Below, one piece after another: positions 9,139 through 19,600 of a DNA stretch of 64,000 nucleotides. Made by a program: the position numbers and the translations under genes. Within the stretch, counting starts at the first letter, position 1. Every line of letters begins with the position of its first letter. The notes below the pieces were generated by a model. It was not told the origin of the DNA. It worked only from the letters and a program-made list of their open reading frames with translations, and searched no databases. Source of the DNA: an uncultured Ignavibacteria bacterium (GTDB lineage: Bacteria; Zixibacteria; MSB-5A5; CAIYYT01); the NCBI GenBank assembly GCA_964468475.1, contig CAYXUL010000001.1, forward strand, positions 150,439 to 214,438, read 5' to 3'.

Positions 9139-9699
9139 TCAGTTGGAGCGCTCGACGTAGTTGCCGTTGGAAGTGTCGATCTTGATCTTGTCGCCGATCT
9201 TGATGAACGGCGGCACCTTGACCTCGAGGCCGGTCTCGACCTTACAGGTCTTCGTTATATTCGAGACGGTGTCACCCTTGGCCACCGGTTCGGTTTCGAT
9301 AACCTCCAGAATCACGTGCGGGGGCATATCAATATTGATCGGTTTGCCCTCGAAGTAGAGTATCGAGTAATTCTCATTCTCCTGAAGGAACTCGCGGTAG
9401 TCGGCAACCTGATCCTTGGTTAGAAAGAACTGCTCGAAAGTATCATTGTCCATGAAGTGCCACTGCTCGCCATCGTTGTAGAGATACTGGCATTTCTTAT
9501 GATCAAAATCGGGCTGGGGAAAGCTCTCTCCTGAGGAGAAAGTTCGTTCAATCACTTGTCCGGTGATGATATTCTTAAGTTTGGTGCGCACATTGGCGCG
9601 ACCGCGCCCGGTCTGCGAGCGCAGAAAGTCGACTATATAGAACGGTTCACCGTCAATCGCTATCTTCATTCCCGTGCGGAAATCACTTGTCGTGATCAT
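9139..9699 (-). CDS. efp: Elongation factor P
   Basis: The 186-aa ORF aligns end to end with E. coli EF-P (DFRTGMKIAIDGEPF...YLYNDGEQWHFMDNDTFEQ). GGAGG lies upstream of the ATG. Confidence 0.95.
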   Translation of the reverse strand: MITTSDFRTGMKIAIDGEPFYIVDFLRSQTGRGRANVRTKLKNIITGQVIERTFSSGESFPQPDFDHKKCQYLYNDGEQWHFMDNDTFEQFFLTKDQVADYREFLQENENYSILYFEGKPINIDMPPHVILEVIETEPVAKGDTVSNITKTCKVETGLEVKVPPFIKIGDKIKIDTSNGNYVERSN

Positions 9700-9795
9700 T
9701 GCTCCTCCGATATGGGGGCTGTGTGTTCATGCAGTCGTTCGTTACAAATAGCTATTATAATGAAAACCCCTTTCTCGCAGAAACGATTTTTGTGG

Positions 9796-10746
9796 TTAGC
9801 GGCTGGCGTTCGCGTCAAGAGTGCCCCGGGCAAGCTTCAATACTGCTTCACGTAAAGTAGATGGCTCGAGAACGGTGATCGACGCGCCGAATCCCACCAG
9901 CCAACGTGAGATTTCGGAGAGCCCCGCGACTGTAGCCCGGTACTCAATCTCATTGTCACTTATTCGTTCAATCTGCTCGTTGCGATGATGCTTCGAGTCA
10001 AGCATGATCCGCGCTGCTGTGCCACGGAAGCGAACGACGATTGGCGTGGGCTTGCCCACCTCAACATCCCATGAATCGCGGAAGTACCGCTCCGGAGTAA
10101 GTGAGTAATTGGCTGGAAAGTGTTTGTCCTCTTTGGCAATTGAGCCCATACGATCGACACGGAAGAGACGGACATCCTGCCGTGAACGACAATACCCGAC
10201 GAGGTACCACGAATGACGGCGGAATACCACAAAATAGGGTTCAACCTCGCGCAGCGAGATTCCGCTTTCGAGCGAATGGTAGCTCAGCTTCACAACCTGG
10301 AAATCCTCAGCCGCCTCCCGCAATAGAGTGAGTTTAGCTTCAAGTTTGTCTGAGTTGGTGACCGACTTCAGAGATATTGCCTGTTTGGGTGCGCGCCGCT
10401 TCAGTTTCTCAGGGATCAGGCTGTTGACGGCCTGGTTTACCTTTGCCAGTACTGACTTAACCGCTTCGCCGCCATGCCTCATTCTGGTAAACGGCGATCC
10501 TTCCAGGGCCGCTTTCAGTACCAGGTACTCTTCGATATTCAAATTGAGCGGCGGCAGGAAGGTTCCCGGCAGGAGCTTATAGCCGTTGTCGTAGAAAATC
10601 GGCGCTCCCGCCTCCGACAGCGCCACCACGTCACGATAAATCGTTCGCTCAGATACACCGCACTGACGCGCCAATTCGGCGGCCGTACAGCTGCGATTGC
10701 TGCGAATAATATTGAGAATTTTGAGCAGTCTTCCCGCTTTGGACAT
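9796..10746 (-). CDS. HTH + WYL domain transcriptional regulator (YafY-like)
   Basis: The N-terminal HTH is RLLKILNIIRSNRSCTAAELARQCGVSERTIYRDVVALSEAG. The central WYL-like region is EPYFVVFRRHSWYLVGYCRSRQDVRLFRVDRM. The gene is divergent from the 11021-15986 operon. Confidence 0.85.
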   Translation of the reverse strand: MSKAGRLLKILNIIRSNRSCTAAELARQCGVSERTIYRDVVALSEAGAPIFYDNGYKLLPGTFLPPLNLNIEEYLVLKAALEGSPFTRMRHGGEAVKSVLAKVNQAVNSLIPEKLKRRAPKQAISLKSVTNSDKLEAKLTLLREAAEDFQVVKLSYHSLESGISLREVEPYFVVFRRHSWYLVGYCRSRQDVRLFRVDRMGSIAKEDKHFPANYSLTPERYFRDSWDVEVGKPTPIVVRFRGTAARIMLDSKHHRNEQIERISDNEIEYRATVAGLSEISRWLVGFGASITVLEPSTLREAVLKLARGTLDANASR

Positions 10747-11020
10747 CGTTTCCCTCTTTAGCCGAAGTCCACTTTCAGGCCCGTTGACATTCTATTCTAC
10801 GTTATGACACGTTCCTGTCAAGTCATTTTGGGAGAGTTGACCCATCCCCTGTGGTATGGGAGTTGTCCCACATTTCCTGCCCGAAAACACCCCCGCTGCA
10901 ACCTGAAACACCCACAGTAACAACCCGGCATTTATTCACTTACGCCGAATTGTGTGAGCGGCACGAGCATTGCATTGAAGTGGTCGACACCTACGCCTTT
11001 TGGGAGAGGTAACAACTTAA

Positions 11021-12982
11021 ATGAATTGGGCTAACATCCTTAAGATCATTGTGGCCGCAGCGGTGTGCATTGTCGTGTTCCTGCTGCTTGGTTGCTCGAT
11101 CGAATCACCGCAGGCACCAAGTTGGGACGTGCCGATCACGATTCCACTGATCGATCGCTCCTACACCTCCGGTGAGCTATTTCAGAAGATAAGTAGTGAC
11201 AACATCGAGGTCGCTGACGATGGCAGCGCCAGTTTCGTGGTTAATCACGGCCTTGAGGATGTCAACTTCGAATCTCTGCTCCAGTACAACGACGTCCACG
11301 ACACGCATGCAGAGCAGATCGGGCTGCTTCCCCTACCCAAAGCCGCTGACCAGCAAGTGGCCTACAACCTCTCCGACTATGTTTCGCTGGTCGCCGGCGA
11401 AGTTCCCGCAGCGGGGGTTACGGCTACTGCAGGGGTCGGTCAACCATCAACTTTCGCCGCAGCCGAATTTGCCTCGGGTACGCTGAGTCTGCAGGTCACC
11501 AACAACACCGGTCTGGCGCTTGATTCGGTAACTGTCACGCTGCTCGATCTAAACGGCGCGGTAACGACTACCAGCATCAGCGGTGGCCTTGGTGTGGGCG
11601 AACTATACTCCACCGACATCTCTGTCGCCGGCAAGATCGTCACCGGCAATCTTTCTCTGGAAACCTATTTCCATACGCAAGGTGGGGCACTGCTCAGCCT
11701 TGCCGAGAAAACGCTGGATGTCACGCTATCGTACGGTGATGACCTTATGGTCAGTTCCCTTACGGGACAGGTGGGTCAATTTCAGAGAGTGTACCACGAG
11801 GAGAACTCGGTTAACGATGAGTCTTCAATTATTTCCGCACAACTCAAGTCGGGAAAGCTGGTGCTCAACTGGACCAATCAGCTGCCGGTGCCCGTCAGTA
11901 TTAATGCCACATTCCCGGAAATTACCAATCAATCCGGATTGCTGGATCTAGCGGTAAGTCTGCCTGCCTATTCGCAAGCTACTCAGGATTATTCGCTGGA
12001 TGGTTGGCACATAGAGCCGGCCAACAACAGGCTCGGGGTTGATGTCGTTACCAACGTCGCCGGCAGCGGTGGAACGCAGGTAACGATGTCGTCCAGCGAT
12101 CAGTTCTCGGTTGAAGTTGAACTGAGTGACCTTCAGGCAGAATCTGCTGAGATCATACCTCAACCCACTGACATAACCTGGAATCAAACACAGCTTAACA
12201 TAGATGTCCCCACCGGTTTTGAGCATGTATCGCCGGCACTGGTAGAACTTGAAATTGCGGTGCAAAACTACTCCGAGCTAAGCGGAACGGTGCAGCTCAA
12301 TTTGACCGCTGATAACGGCAAGAGTCTTATGGTTAACGGTGAGGTCACCGCCGGCTCAGCTGCCTCTCCCCGGGAGAGCATAATTTACTCTGATCAGCTG
12401 GCAGACCTGTTGACGCCGATCCCGAATCAGATCGAGGTTTCGGGGCTGGCTGTGGTAGGCGATGGCGCGACCACGGTAAACCTCAACTCCAGCGATCATC
12501 TGGAAGCGACGGCGACTATCAGCGCGCCGATGTCGGTCAAACTCGACGACGCCACGGTCGAGGGTGATCCCAACGAACTCAATATCGACAGGGACCTTGC
12601 CAACAAAGCAGATCGTCTTCTGGAAGGCAGATTCCAGGGGACAATCTCGAATCACTTACCCCTGGGTGCTTCCGTGAGCATCTACTTCGCCACCAGCGAA
12701 GCGGAGTTGTTTTCCAATCCACAGACAATCATTGGTCCCTTTACCGTCAATGCCGGGCAGGTTGACGGTAGTGGAGTCGTCGGCTCGACCACTGATACGC
12801 AGAACGACGTCAGCCTGACTGCTGAAGATCTAGCCGTCTTCCAAAATCAGCGGCTCTATATCGCGCCGGTAATCAACCTGCAGGGCACCAACGGTGAGGT
12901 CGTCCATATCCGGGCTGCGGACTATCTCGATATCAGCGGCCTGGTTACCATCACGACCCGGTTGGGTGGGAAGGACTTCTAA
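11021..12982 (+). CDS. Large secreted lipoprotein of unknown function (multi beta-sandwich-like)
   Basis: The 653-aa ORF has a signal peptide with a lipobox (VFLLLGCS). Segments of the form G.L.L.V.N...P...V recur and suggest Ig/LEA-like sandwiches. Its stop overlaps the next start (TAATG at 12980-12984). Confidence 0.7.
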   Translation: MNWANILKIIVAAAVCIVVFLLLGCSIESPQAPSWDVPITIPLIDRSYTSGELFQKISSDNIEVADDGSASFVVNHGLEDVNFESLLQYNDVHDTHAEQIGLLPLPKAADQQVAYNLSDYVSLVAGEVPAAGVTATAGVGQPSTFAAAEFASGTLSLQVTNNTGLALDSVTVTLLDLNGAVTTTSISGGLGVGELYSTDISVAGKIVTGNLSLETYFHTQGGALLSLAEKTLDVTLSYGDDLMVSSLTGQVGQFQRVYHEENSVNDESSIISAQLKSGKLVLNWTNQLPVPVSINATFPEITNQSGLLDLAVSLPAYSQATQDYSLDGWHIEPANNRLGVDVVTNVAGSGGTQVTMSSSDQFSVEVELSDLQAESAEIIPQPTDITWNQTQLNIDVPTGFEHVSPALVELEIAVQNYSELSGTVQLNLTADNGKSLMVNGEVTAGSAASPRESIIYSDQLADLLTPIPNQIEVSGLAVVGDGATTVNLNSSDHLEATATISAPMSVKLDDATVEGDPNELNIDRDLANKADRLLEGRFQGTISNHLPLGASVSIYFATSEAELFSNPQTIIGPFTVNAGQVDGSGVVGSTTDTQNDVSLTAEDLAVFQNQRLYIAPVINLQGTNGEVVHIRAADYLDISGLVTITTRLGGKDF

Positions 12983-14238
12983 TGAAAAAGTTTACCTTCA
13001 TGCAGACAATAGCTGCCGCGATGCTTATGGCAGTCGTCGCCGGTACTTCCCTGATGGCGCAATCGCTGCAAAGTGCGCATAGCCTGGGAATGGCCGACAG
13101 CTACATGCAGCTTAGCGAGAATTGCGAAGCGGCGTCAGCCAATCCCGCCAACCTGGCTTCACCTGAGCAGCAAAAACTCAGCATCAAGCTAATTTCAGCA
13201 GCGGCACACTTCGCCAACAACTCCTTTACGCTTGCAGACTACAATCGTTACAACGGCGCCTACCTAACCGAAGCCGATAAGCAGGACATCCTGAGGAAAA
13301 TTCCCGATGGCGGCCTGGTGTTCGCTTACGACGCCTCTGCGTCGGCAGTTTCGTTCTCGTATGGAGCTTTTGCATTCACCGCCGCAGGTATTGGCGGAGG
13401 ACGTGGCAGCGTCGCTAAGGACCCGATCGAGTTAGCGTTGATGGGCAACAAGATCGGTGAGGTTCACACCGCCAGTGACTCCTACGCCGACAATTGGGCC
13501 GCACTTTCATTCGGCGGCAGCTTCGGCGCCCGGCTATTCGAAATGAACGGCTTTACCGTAGATGGTGGGGTCACTGTCAAGTACCTACAGGGACTGGCGT
13601 ACTATGGCGTCACCGAGCTGACCGCGGAAGCGGTAACGCAGGCGACAGGTATCTCCGGCGAGGGTGGATTAACGACACTTGAAGCCCAGGGAGGCAGCGG
13701 CTACGCAGCTGATCTGGGATTGTCAGTAACAGGCAATTCCACCCGCTACGGTTTGGTGCTGCACAACGCACTAGCGAGTATCAACTGGAATCGTGACGTC
13801 AAGAAGACGATCTACAGCTTCTACCTCGAAAACATGAATATAGAAAATGCCGGCAGCGATTCCGTTTCGGTATCTGACGAGGTCGACGTACCGACAGACA
13901 ATTTTTCCACCCGTCCACCGCTTGAATTAGAGTTGGGCGCGTCCCGGCATTTCGGAAAGCTCCTCGCTGCCGCTGATCTCAAACAGGGTTTTGCGGAGAC
14001 AGCCTTTGTTTCTAAGACTCCGCGGCTGGCTGCGGGTATTGAATATCCCCTGGTATCATCTCTGGTGCTGCGCTCCGGCCTGGCGGCTGGAGGCGTTGAC
14101 AAGTACTCTGCCGCTGTAGGGGGCGGATTCAATTTCGGCATCGTAAATCTCGATCTGGCTTATGCGTCGACCGGCACGCTGCTGCCATTCGGCGGTCGTG
14201 GAGCCCGGCTGGCTTTTGCAACGATTCTGGAATTTTAG
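12982..14238 (+). CDS. Outer-membrane beta-barrel protein (PorV/PorQ- or TraF-like)
   Basis: The signal peptide is MLMAVVAGTSLMAQS. The N-terminal motif AHSLGMADSYMQ...ASANPANLAS resembles the PorV/FadL-like signature. The sequence has alternating beta-strand character and a terminal aromatic residue (TILEF). Confidence 0.6.
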   Translation: MKKFTFMQTIAAAMLMAVVAGTSLMAQSLQSAHSLGMADSYMQLSENCEAASANPANLASPEQQKLSIKLISAAAHFANNSFTLADYNRYNGAYLTEADKQDILRKIPDGGLVFAYDASASAVSFSYGAFAFTAAGIGGGRGSVAKDPIELALMGNKIGEVHTASDSYADNWAALSFGGSFGARLFEMNGFTVDGGVTVKYLQGLAYYGVTELTAEAVTQATGISGEGGLTTLEAQGGSGYAADLGLSVTGNSTRYGLVLHNALASINWNRDVKKTIYSFYLENMNIENAGSDSVSVSDEVDVPTDNFSTRPPLELELGASRHFGKLLAAADLKQGFAETAFVSKTPRLAAGIEYPLVSSLVLRSGLAAGGVDKYSAAVGGGFNFGIVNLDLAYASTGTLLPFGGRGARLAFATILEF

Positions 14239-14240
14239 AA

Positions 14241-15986
14241 ATGTCTTTTATAAGGAGGTGCGACGTGAAAGCGCAAAATCGATTGGTGATGGCCCTGTTG
14301 TCCATCGGCGTGCTGTTCTGGGCTGTTGGGGCCGCAGTAGCAATGCCGCCATATCCGGGTCTGCTGGACAGCCTCAAGGCGAACGGCAGTGATATGTCTC
14401 ATGTCCTGCAGAGTTGCCCCTTTGCCAAACTGCAGCAGCAAGGTGGGGTACCTGCCTACGCCGGTGAACCTATTCATTTGAATCCTGCTGCACCGATCTC
14501 AGAGAACATCCTCTGTGTCCTCGTAGAGTTCTCAGATAAGCCGATGCAGGTGAATCCAGGCTTCTTTGACACGCTGTTGTTTGAAAATCAGCCCGGTTGC
14601 GTGCGGCACTACTATAATGAAGTCACCTACGGCTCATTCGATGTTGTGACGGTCAATCTTCCGTCCGATCTGGGCTGGCAGACAGCACCGCAGACTTACG
14701 CTTACTATTGCAACGGCAACAACGGTATGGGTGCCTATCCGCAGAATTCGCAGAAGCTGGTCGAGGATATCGTCGACGCGATTGATTCACTGGTTGATTT
14801 TGCGGTATATGACAATAACAGTGATGGCTACGTTGACGGACTGATGATAGTCCATACGGGACCAGGCGCCGAGCTTACGGGAAGTGCTAACGATATCTGG
14901 TCGCACAAATGGGGTATCACACCGCGGCTCAAGGACGGTGTGTTTATCTCCACCTACGCGATCGAGCCCGAATATTGGCTGAATCCCGGAGATATGACCC
15001 TGGGCGTATTTGCCCATGAGATGGGGCACGCCTTCTTTGATTTACCTGACCTCTATGACGTTGACTACTCCTCCAATGGAATTGGCAAGTGGTCACTCAT
15101 GGCTGGCGGCTCGTGGAACGGTTCGCTCGGGAACTCGCCGGCGCATTTCGACGCCTGGTCGAAAGTTACTGCAGGCATTTGCTCGGCGACGAATGTGACC
15201 TCCAATATCAGCGGACAGTCGATTCCTGATGTGGAGACCAATGATACCGGCGCGATTTTCCGCCTGTGGACCAACGGCTCGGCGGGTGACGAGTACTTCC
15301 TGATCGAGAACCGCGAAAAAACCGGCTACGACTCAGGATTGCCCGGTCAGGGATTGCTGATCTGGCACATCGATGAAGCACAGACTACCGTCGACAACAC
15401 CGACAATGCCAATGAATGGTACCCGGGGCACACTGCTTCCGGTCACTACCGCGTAGCGCTGGAACAGGCTGACGGTCTGTACGAGCTTGAAAAGAAACTT
15501 GATCAGGGAGATGGGGCTGATCCTTATCCGGGTTCAACAAGCAACACCAGTTTCAATGCGCTGTCAAGTCCGTCATCGAATGACTACAATGACCAGGAAA
15601 CGCTGGTGGGAGTGACGAATGTCTCGGCGCCGGGCGCGACGATGACGGCAGACCTCTCAGTTAGCCTGCTGGCAGACGTAGACGATTATGGCTACTCAGC
15701 GACTCTGCCGGAGAGCTACGACTTGAAGCAGAATTATCCGAACCCGTTCAATCCGACGACCAGGATCACGTTTGACCTACCCCATTCGGGACACGTCAAC
15801 CTATCCGTGTTTAACGTCCTGGGAGAACAAGTCGATCAACTCATCGATAATGATCTCCCCGCCGGCAGGCACAGCATCAGCTGGGTCTCCGAATCGCACG
15901 GAGGAGCGTTGCCGTCAGGGGTGTACTTCTACAAACTCAGCACGCGCGACATCACGCTGACAAAAAAGATGTTACTACTGAAGTAG
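14241..15986 (+). CDS. M6 (immune inhibitor A-like) metalloprotease with T9SS-type (FlgD-Ig-like) C-terminal domain
   Basis: VFAHEMGHAFFDLPDLYD is the M6 zinc motif. The C-terminus is NYPNPFNPTTRITFDLP...GVYFYKLSTRDITLTKKMLLLK. A signal peptide is present. Confidence 0.85.
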   Translation: MSFIRRCDVKAQNRLVMALLSIGVLFWAVGAAVAMPPYPGLLDSLKANGSDMSHVLQSCPFAKLQQQGGVPAYAGEPIHLNPAAPISENILCVLVEFSDKPMQVNPGFFDTLLFENQPGCVRHYYNEVTYGSFDVVTVNLPSDLGWQTAPQTYAYYCNGNNGMGAYPQNSQKLVEDIVDAIDSLVDFAVYDNNSDGYVDGLMIVHTGPGAELTGSANDIWSHKWGITPRLKDGVFISTYAIEPEYWLNPGDMTLGVFAHEMGHAFFDLPDLYDVDYSSNGIGKWSLMAGGSWNGSLGNSPAHFDAWSKVTAGICSATNVTSNISGQSIPDVETNDTGAIFRLWTNGSAGDEYFLIENREKTGYDSGLPGQGLLIWHIDEAQTTVDNTDNANEWYPGHTASGHYRVALEQADGLYELEKKLDQGDGADPYPGSTSNTSFNALSSPSSNDYNDQETLVGVTNVSAPGATMTADLSVSLLADVDDYGYSATLPESYDLKQNYPNPFNPTTRITFDLPHSGHVNLSVFNVLGEQVDQLIDNDLPAGRHSISWVSESHGGALPSGVYFYKLSTRDITLTKKMLLLK

Positions 15987-16065
15987 TTTTGTGCCCTGAA
16001 AGTACGCAGCTGCCGACGGCGCCAAGAATCTCTTAGTAAAGATTCCTGCCGAAATCAGCCACTCG

Positions 16066-16095
16066 GGGGAGTCCTGTGGTAAACCAGGACTCCCC
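16066..16095. terminator. Hairpin between convergent genes (possible bidirectional terminator)
   Basis: ggggagtcctg (16066-16076) pairs with caggactcccc (16085-16095), an 11-bp stem. It is followed on the + strand by ttaggtttta and sits between the M6 protease stop and the zinc-ribbon gene stop. Confidence 0.5.
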
Positions 16096-16389
16096 TTAGG
16101 TTTTAGGGGCGGAATCGGAGTCGCCGTCACCGTTCCTGTCGTCGTCCGGGTATTTGAAACCAGGATCGTCCATGTCGACATCCAATGGCGAGTCGTATTC
16201 CGCAGGCCTGTTTGTGTAACCGTTGCTGCCGCGCCGCCCGTTATTCTTGTATTCGGCGTAACATGAACGGCATCGTTTCGGGTCCTCGGTATAACCCTTC
16301 TCGAAAAAGTACTCTTGAGCTCCAGCCGTGAAAGCAAATTCTTCCTTGCAGTCAACGCAAATCAGAATCTTGGTTTTGAAATCTTCCAT
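16096..16389 (-). CDS. Zinc-ribbon domain protein with acidic tail
   Basis: The 97-aa ORF has ILICVDCKEEFAFTAGAQEYFFEKGYTEDPKRCRSC, a CxxC...CxxC ribbon of a widespread bacterial family. Confidence 0.75.
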   Translation of the reverse strand: MEDFKTKILICVDCKEEFAFTAGAQEYFFEKGYTEDPKRCRSCYAEYKNNGRRGSNGYTNRPAEYDSPLDVDMDDPGFKYPDDDRNGDGDSDSAPKT

Positions 16390-16695
16390 AAATCCCCCCG
16401 TCCAGGTTTATGGATGTTTAGGTACTAATAGTGCGAAGTAGCTAGGCTCCATCCTCTCGTAAAATGTGTGTCCCTACACTAAGTTTCCATTTCAGCGAAC
16501 CCAGTGTCGACTGAAATGGTGATCTCCACGGACCAAAAGCTCATGAACGACTAATTTTGTATTAGTTCGATTTGAGTATATTCCTAAGTGCACCAAAATG
16601 TCAACTAAAACTTTTGAAAAACTAGTGGAGAGAGTTTTGAGGATGATGAATTATCTTAAAGCGTCAAGGTCGACAGCAGGGTCAACCTTAAACAG

Positions 16696-19600
16696 CTACT
16701 GCAATTTCATCATTTTGCGGATTTCTAAATAGTGTGGGGTCTCGAGGCGATAGAAATAAACACCGGAAGATACCTGCCGCCCTGCCTGATCGGCGCCGTT
16801 CCAGATAACATACTTAAAGCCCGGCCCTTCATCCTTATCCACCAGCACTTTGACGGTCTGTCCGAGGATGTTATGGACGGTCAAGCGGACATGAGTGGCC
16901 TCCGGCAGAGTGTAGCTAATTCTGGTATCGGGATTGAAGGGATTCGGATGATTCTGCCACAGCGAGTACCCTTCCGGAAGCGTGGCATCACCCGAGAAAC
17001 TTTCTATTACCTGGATCAGCTTGTCCCCGACATCGCTTCCTGCCATACTACTGATAATTTGCCGCAGGCGCTTGAAATTCTCCTGGTGGGCAGAGAAATC
17101 ATAATCTACGGAGAGGGTCGGCGACGAATACTGATGTGTACTTCCCCAGTTTGGACCGATTGCCAGAACATCGAGCTCGTCGATAGTCCCATCACCGTTA
17201 GCATCCGCATAAGTTGCGCGAGGGTCATCCCACAACTCCGCCGGTTTCCCCTCCCAATTAGTGGTGGAGGTTGGGCGTGCCGGCCCCTGCATGCCGAAAA
17301 ACACGCCGATAGGCAACACATCAATCTCGTTCACGACACCATCGTTGTTGCAGTCGCCCGGATATACCGCCGGCCCGGTGATGAAAGTAAAGTCGTAGTC
17401 ATCTGTCGGTGAACCTTCGCCGACTCCGTTACCGTTACCATCAAGCGTATTACCAACCAGGTCGGCAACGGTCCCACTCACGGTGACATCCACGGTGTCA
17501 AACGGCGGGAAGTTGGCATCCGGAACAAACTGCCAATGGGTCTTATTGTCGACCGGACCGCCCTCCTGCAGCGTGCCGGCAACCAAGCCAGCCATTCTCT
17601 CGGAGAATACCTGCACCACGCCCGGCTGATCCGGTGTAGTACTCAGCAGCTCTGAGAAGTCGATATCAATGCGAGTATCGACCATTGCCCCGTCCGAGCC
17701 TGCGACCGGGGTTGTTGACTCCACGAGCGGAGGTTGTCGTTCAACACCGCCCACACCGGTAAGATCCACAGTCTTTTCCGGATCGCGCGGGTCATCGGTG
17801 GTTATCGTTAGGGTGCCGTCGAAGCGTGCCAGAGCATTTGGGTGAAACTCGACCTTCACCCAGAAAAATTGCCCCGGAATAATCGATGGTGAGGTGGTAG
17901 TCACCGGCACGAATTGACCGGTTGAACTCGCGACATTGAGCACCTTGAGGTTCAAACCGCTAAACAAAGCAGCCGTGTTCTGGACCTTAACCGAGTCAAC
18001 CTTAACCGAATCCACTACGACGGTATCGAAGTCTATTGAATTGGGCGTCAGCGCGCAGATCGTCGCTGAACTGGAATAGAAAGGGATCTCCAGAGTATCC
18101 ACCGGAAGGTTCGACGGTGGTTTGCCAATGATCCGCAGCAGGTAGTCACCAACGGCCAAATCCGGGGAAAGCTGCAGGGTCACGGAAGTGGTGTCGAGCG
18201 CTTTGATCGGATTGTTGGCGAATGTTGCCTGAACTGACCCACGGCGAGGATTAGCGGGCTCTATCCTTGCGGTAAGGTTAATGTTACGATTGTATGCCCC
18301 TATCAGCGTGTCCGCCCAGAAGGAGTAAACCTTCATTTGCGGGTCAAGCGAATCTGCACTGATAAAGTTGAGATCAAAACCGCTCACCTGTATCGGCTGG
18401 GAAGCGGAAACTACCACTCCTTCACCACAATCATTGATACCCATGGCAGTTGGCGTGAATATGCCGGGTTCCTGGTAAGTGTGATTAATCGTCAGCGCCG
18501 GGAAAGTGCTGACGCCCGTACTGCCGTCACCAAAGTCCCATTGAATTGAAGTCAACTGTTGCAGGCTTTGCGCCGTGAACTGCACGGGCAGCGGCGCGTC
18601 TCCCAATTGCGGCGAGACGGTGAAGCTAACGGTCGGTACCTCCTGAACGGAGATTGTCATGCTGTCAATATCTGAGCCACAGAAATTGCTTCGCTGCAGT
18701 ACAACATTATAACTGCCGGCAACAGCGAACTCATGCACGGGCTTTGCGGATGTAGAGGTTGTACCATCTCCGAAGTCCCAACGGTCGCTGGATGTGGTCA
18801 AACTATCTTCGTAGAAAAAGCTTACGGTCAACGGTACGCAACCGCTCTCGATATCGGCGAGCGGAGTCGCATCTGGGGGCGCCGTTACGATGATATCGGT
18901 AGAATCGGAAGACGTGTCGGTCGGACACACCAGTGTCATCCTGACCCGATAGGTTCCGGCATTCGCATACGAAGTTGTCGCCATCGTCGGCAGATCCGGA
19001 TTGTAAGTAATTGTATCCACTTCCCCGTTGCCATAATCCCAGACTGTGTAGTCGAAGAAACCATCTGACAGGTTTGTGAAGGCGACTATATCTCCCGTAC
19101 AAGGCGTCAGCGGCGTATAATCAAAATTCGGGACCAGGTTGCACTCGATGTACTCGTACGGTCCGATGTCGATTGCGGAGCCGGAGGTGCGCGGATAACC
19201 CGCATAGTCTATCGAGACAGATTCGAGCGGCAGTGCGGTACCCTTGTTGATCAGCGCTGAACCAGCCTTGAGCCTGAAATCGCCGTTGGCGGCATCTTCA
19301 AATTGCGGGTCGACGTTGAAAATATCATTGGACCCAAGAATACAATCGGGCGTCGTCGTAGGCGTGTTGCCGTAGTAGGCGTTCGTGAAGAAGTTGTAAC
19401 CATAATTGCTGCCACATTGAATAGCGTAATTTTGATTCGCCGCAAAAATATTGTTTTGCAGCAGCGGCTCAACGAACTGCGCCAAACCGATGGCGCCACC
19501 GACACTCTGAGATACATTCTGATAAAACAGGTTGTTCATGATATTCGAACCACTGTTGTCGGTATACAGGGCTGATCCGGAGAATCCGGAAGTATTGCTG

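Noticed and set aside
15975-16355. A 126-aa minus-strand ORF overlapping the zinc-ribbon gene.
   Set aside because: It is an alternative frame of the same region. The 97-aa frame has the conserved CxxC...CxxC ribbon and a proper start context.
16390-16695. A 306-nt gap checked for tRNA or ncRNA. It contains a 9-bp stem (ccatttcag...ctgaaatgg) and an imperfect hairpin near 16664-16690.
   Set aside because: There is no cloverleaf, no conserved ncRNA motif that I recognise, and no U-tract. It probably holds only the promoter of the zinc-ribbon gene and a weak 3' structure of the giant gene.
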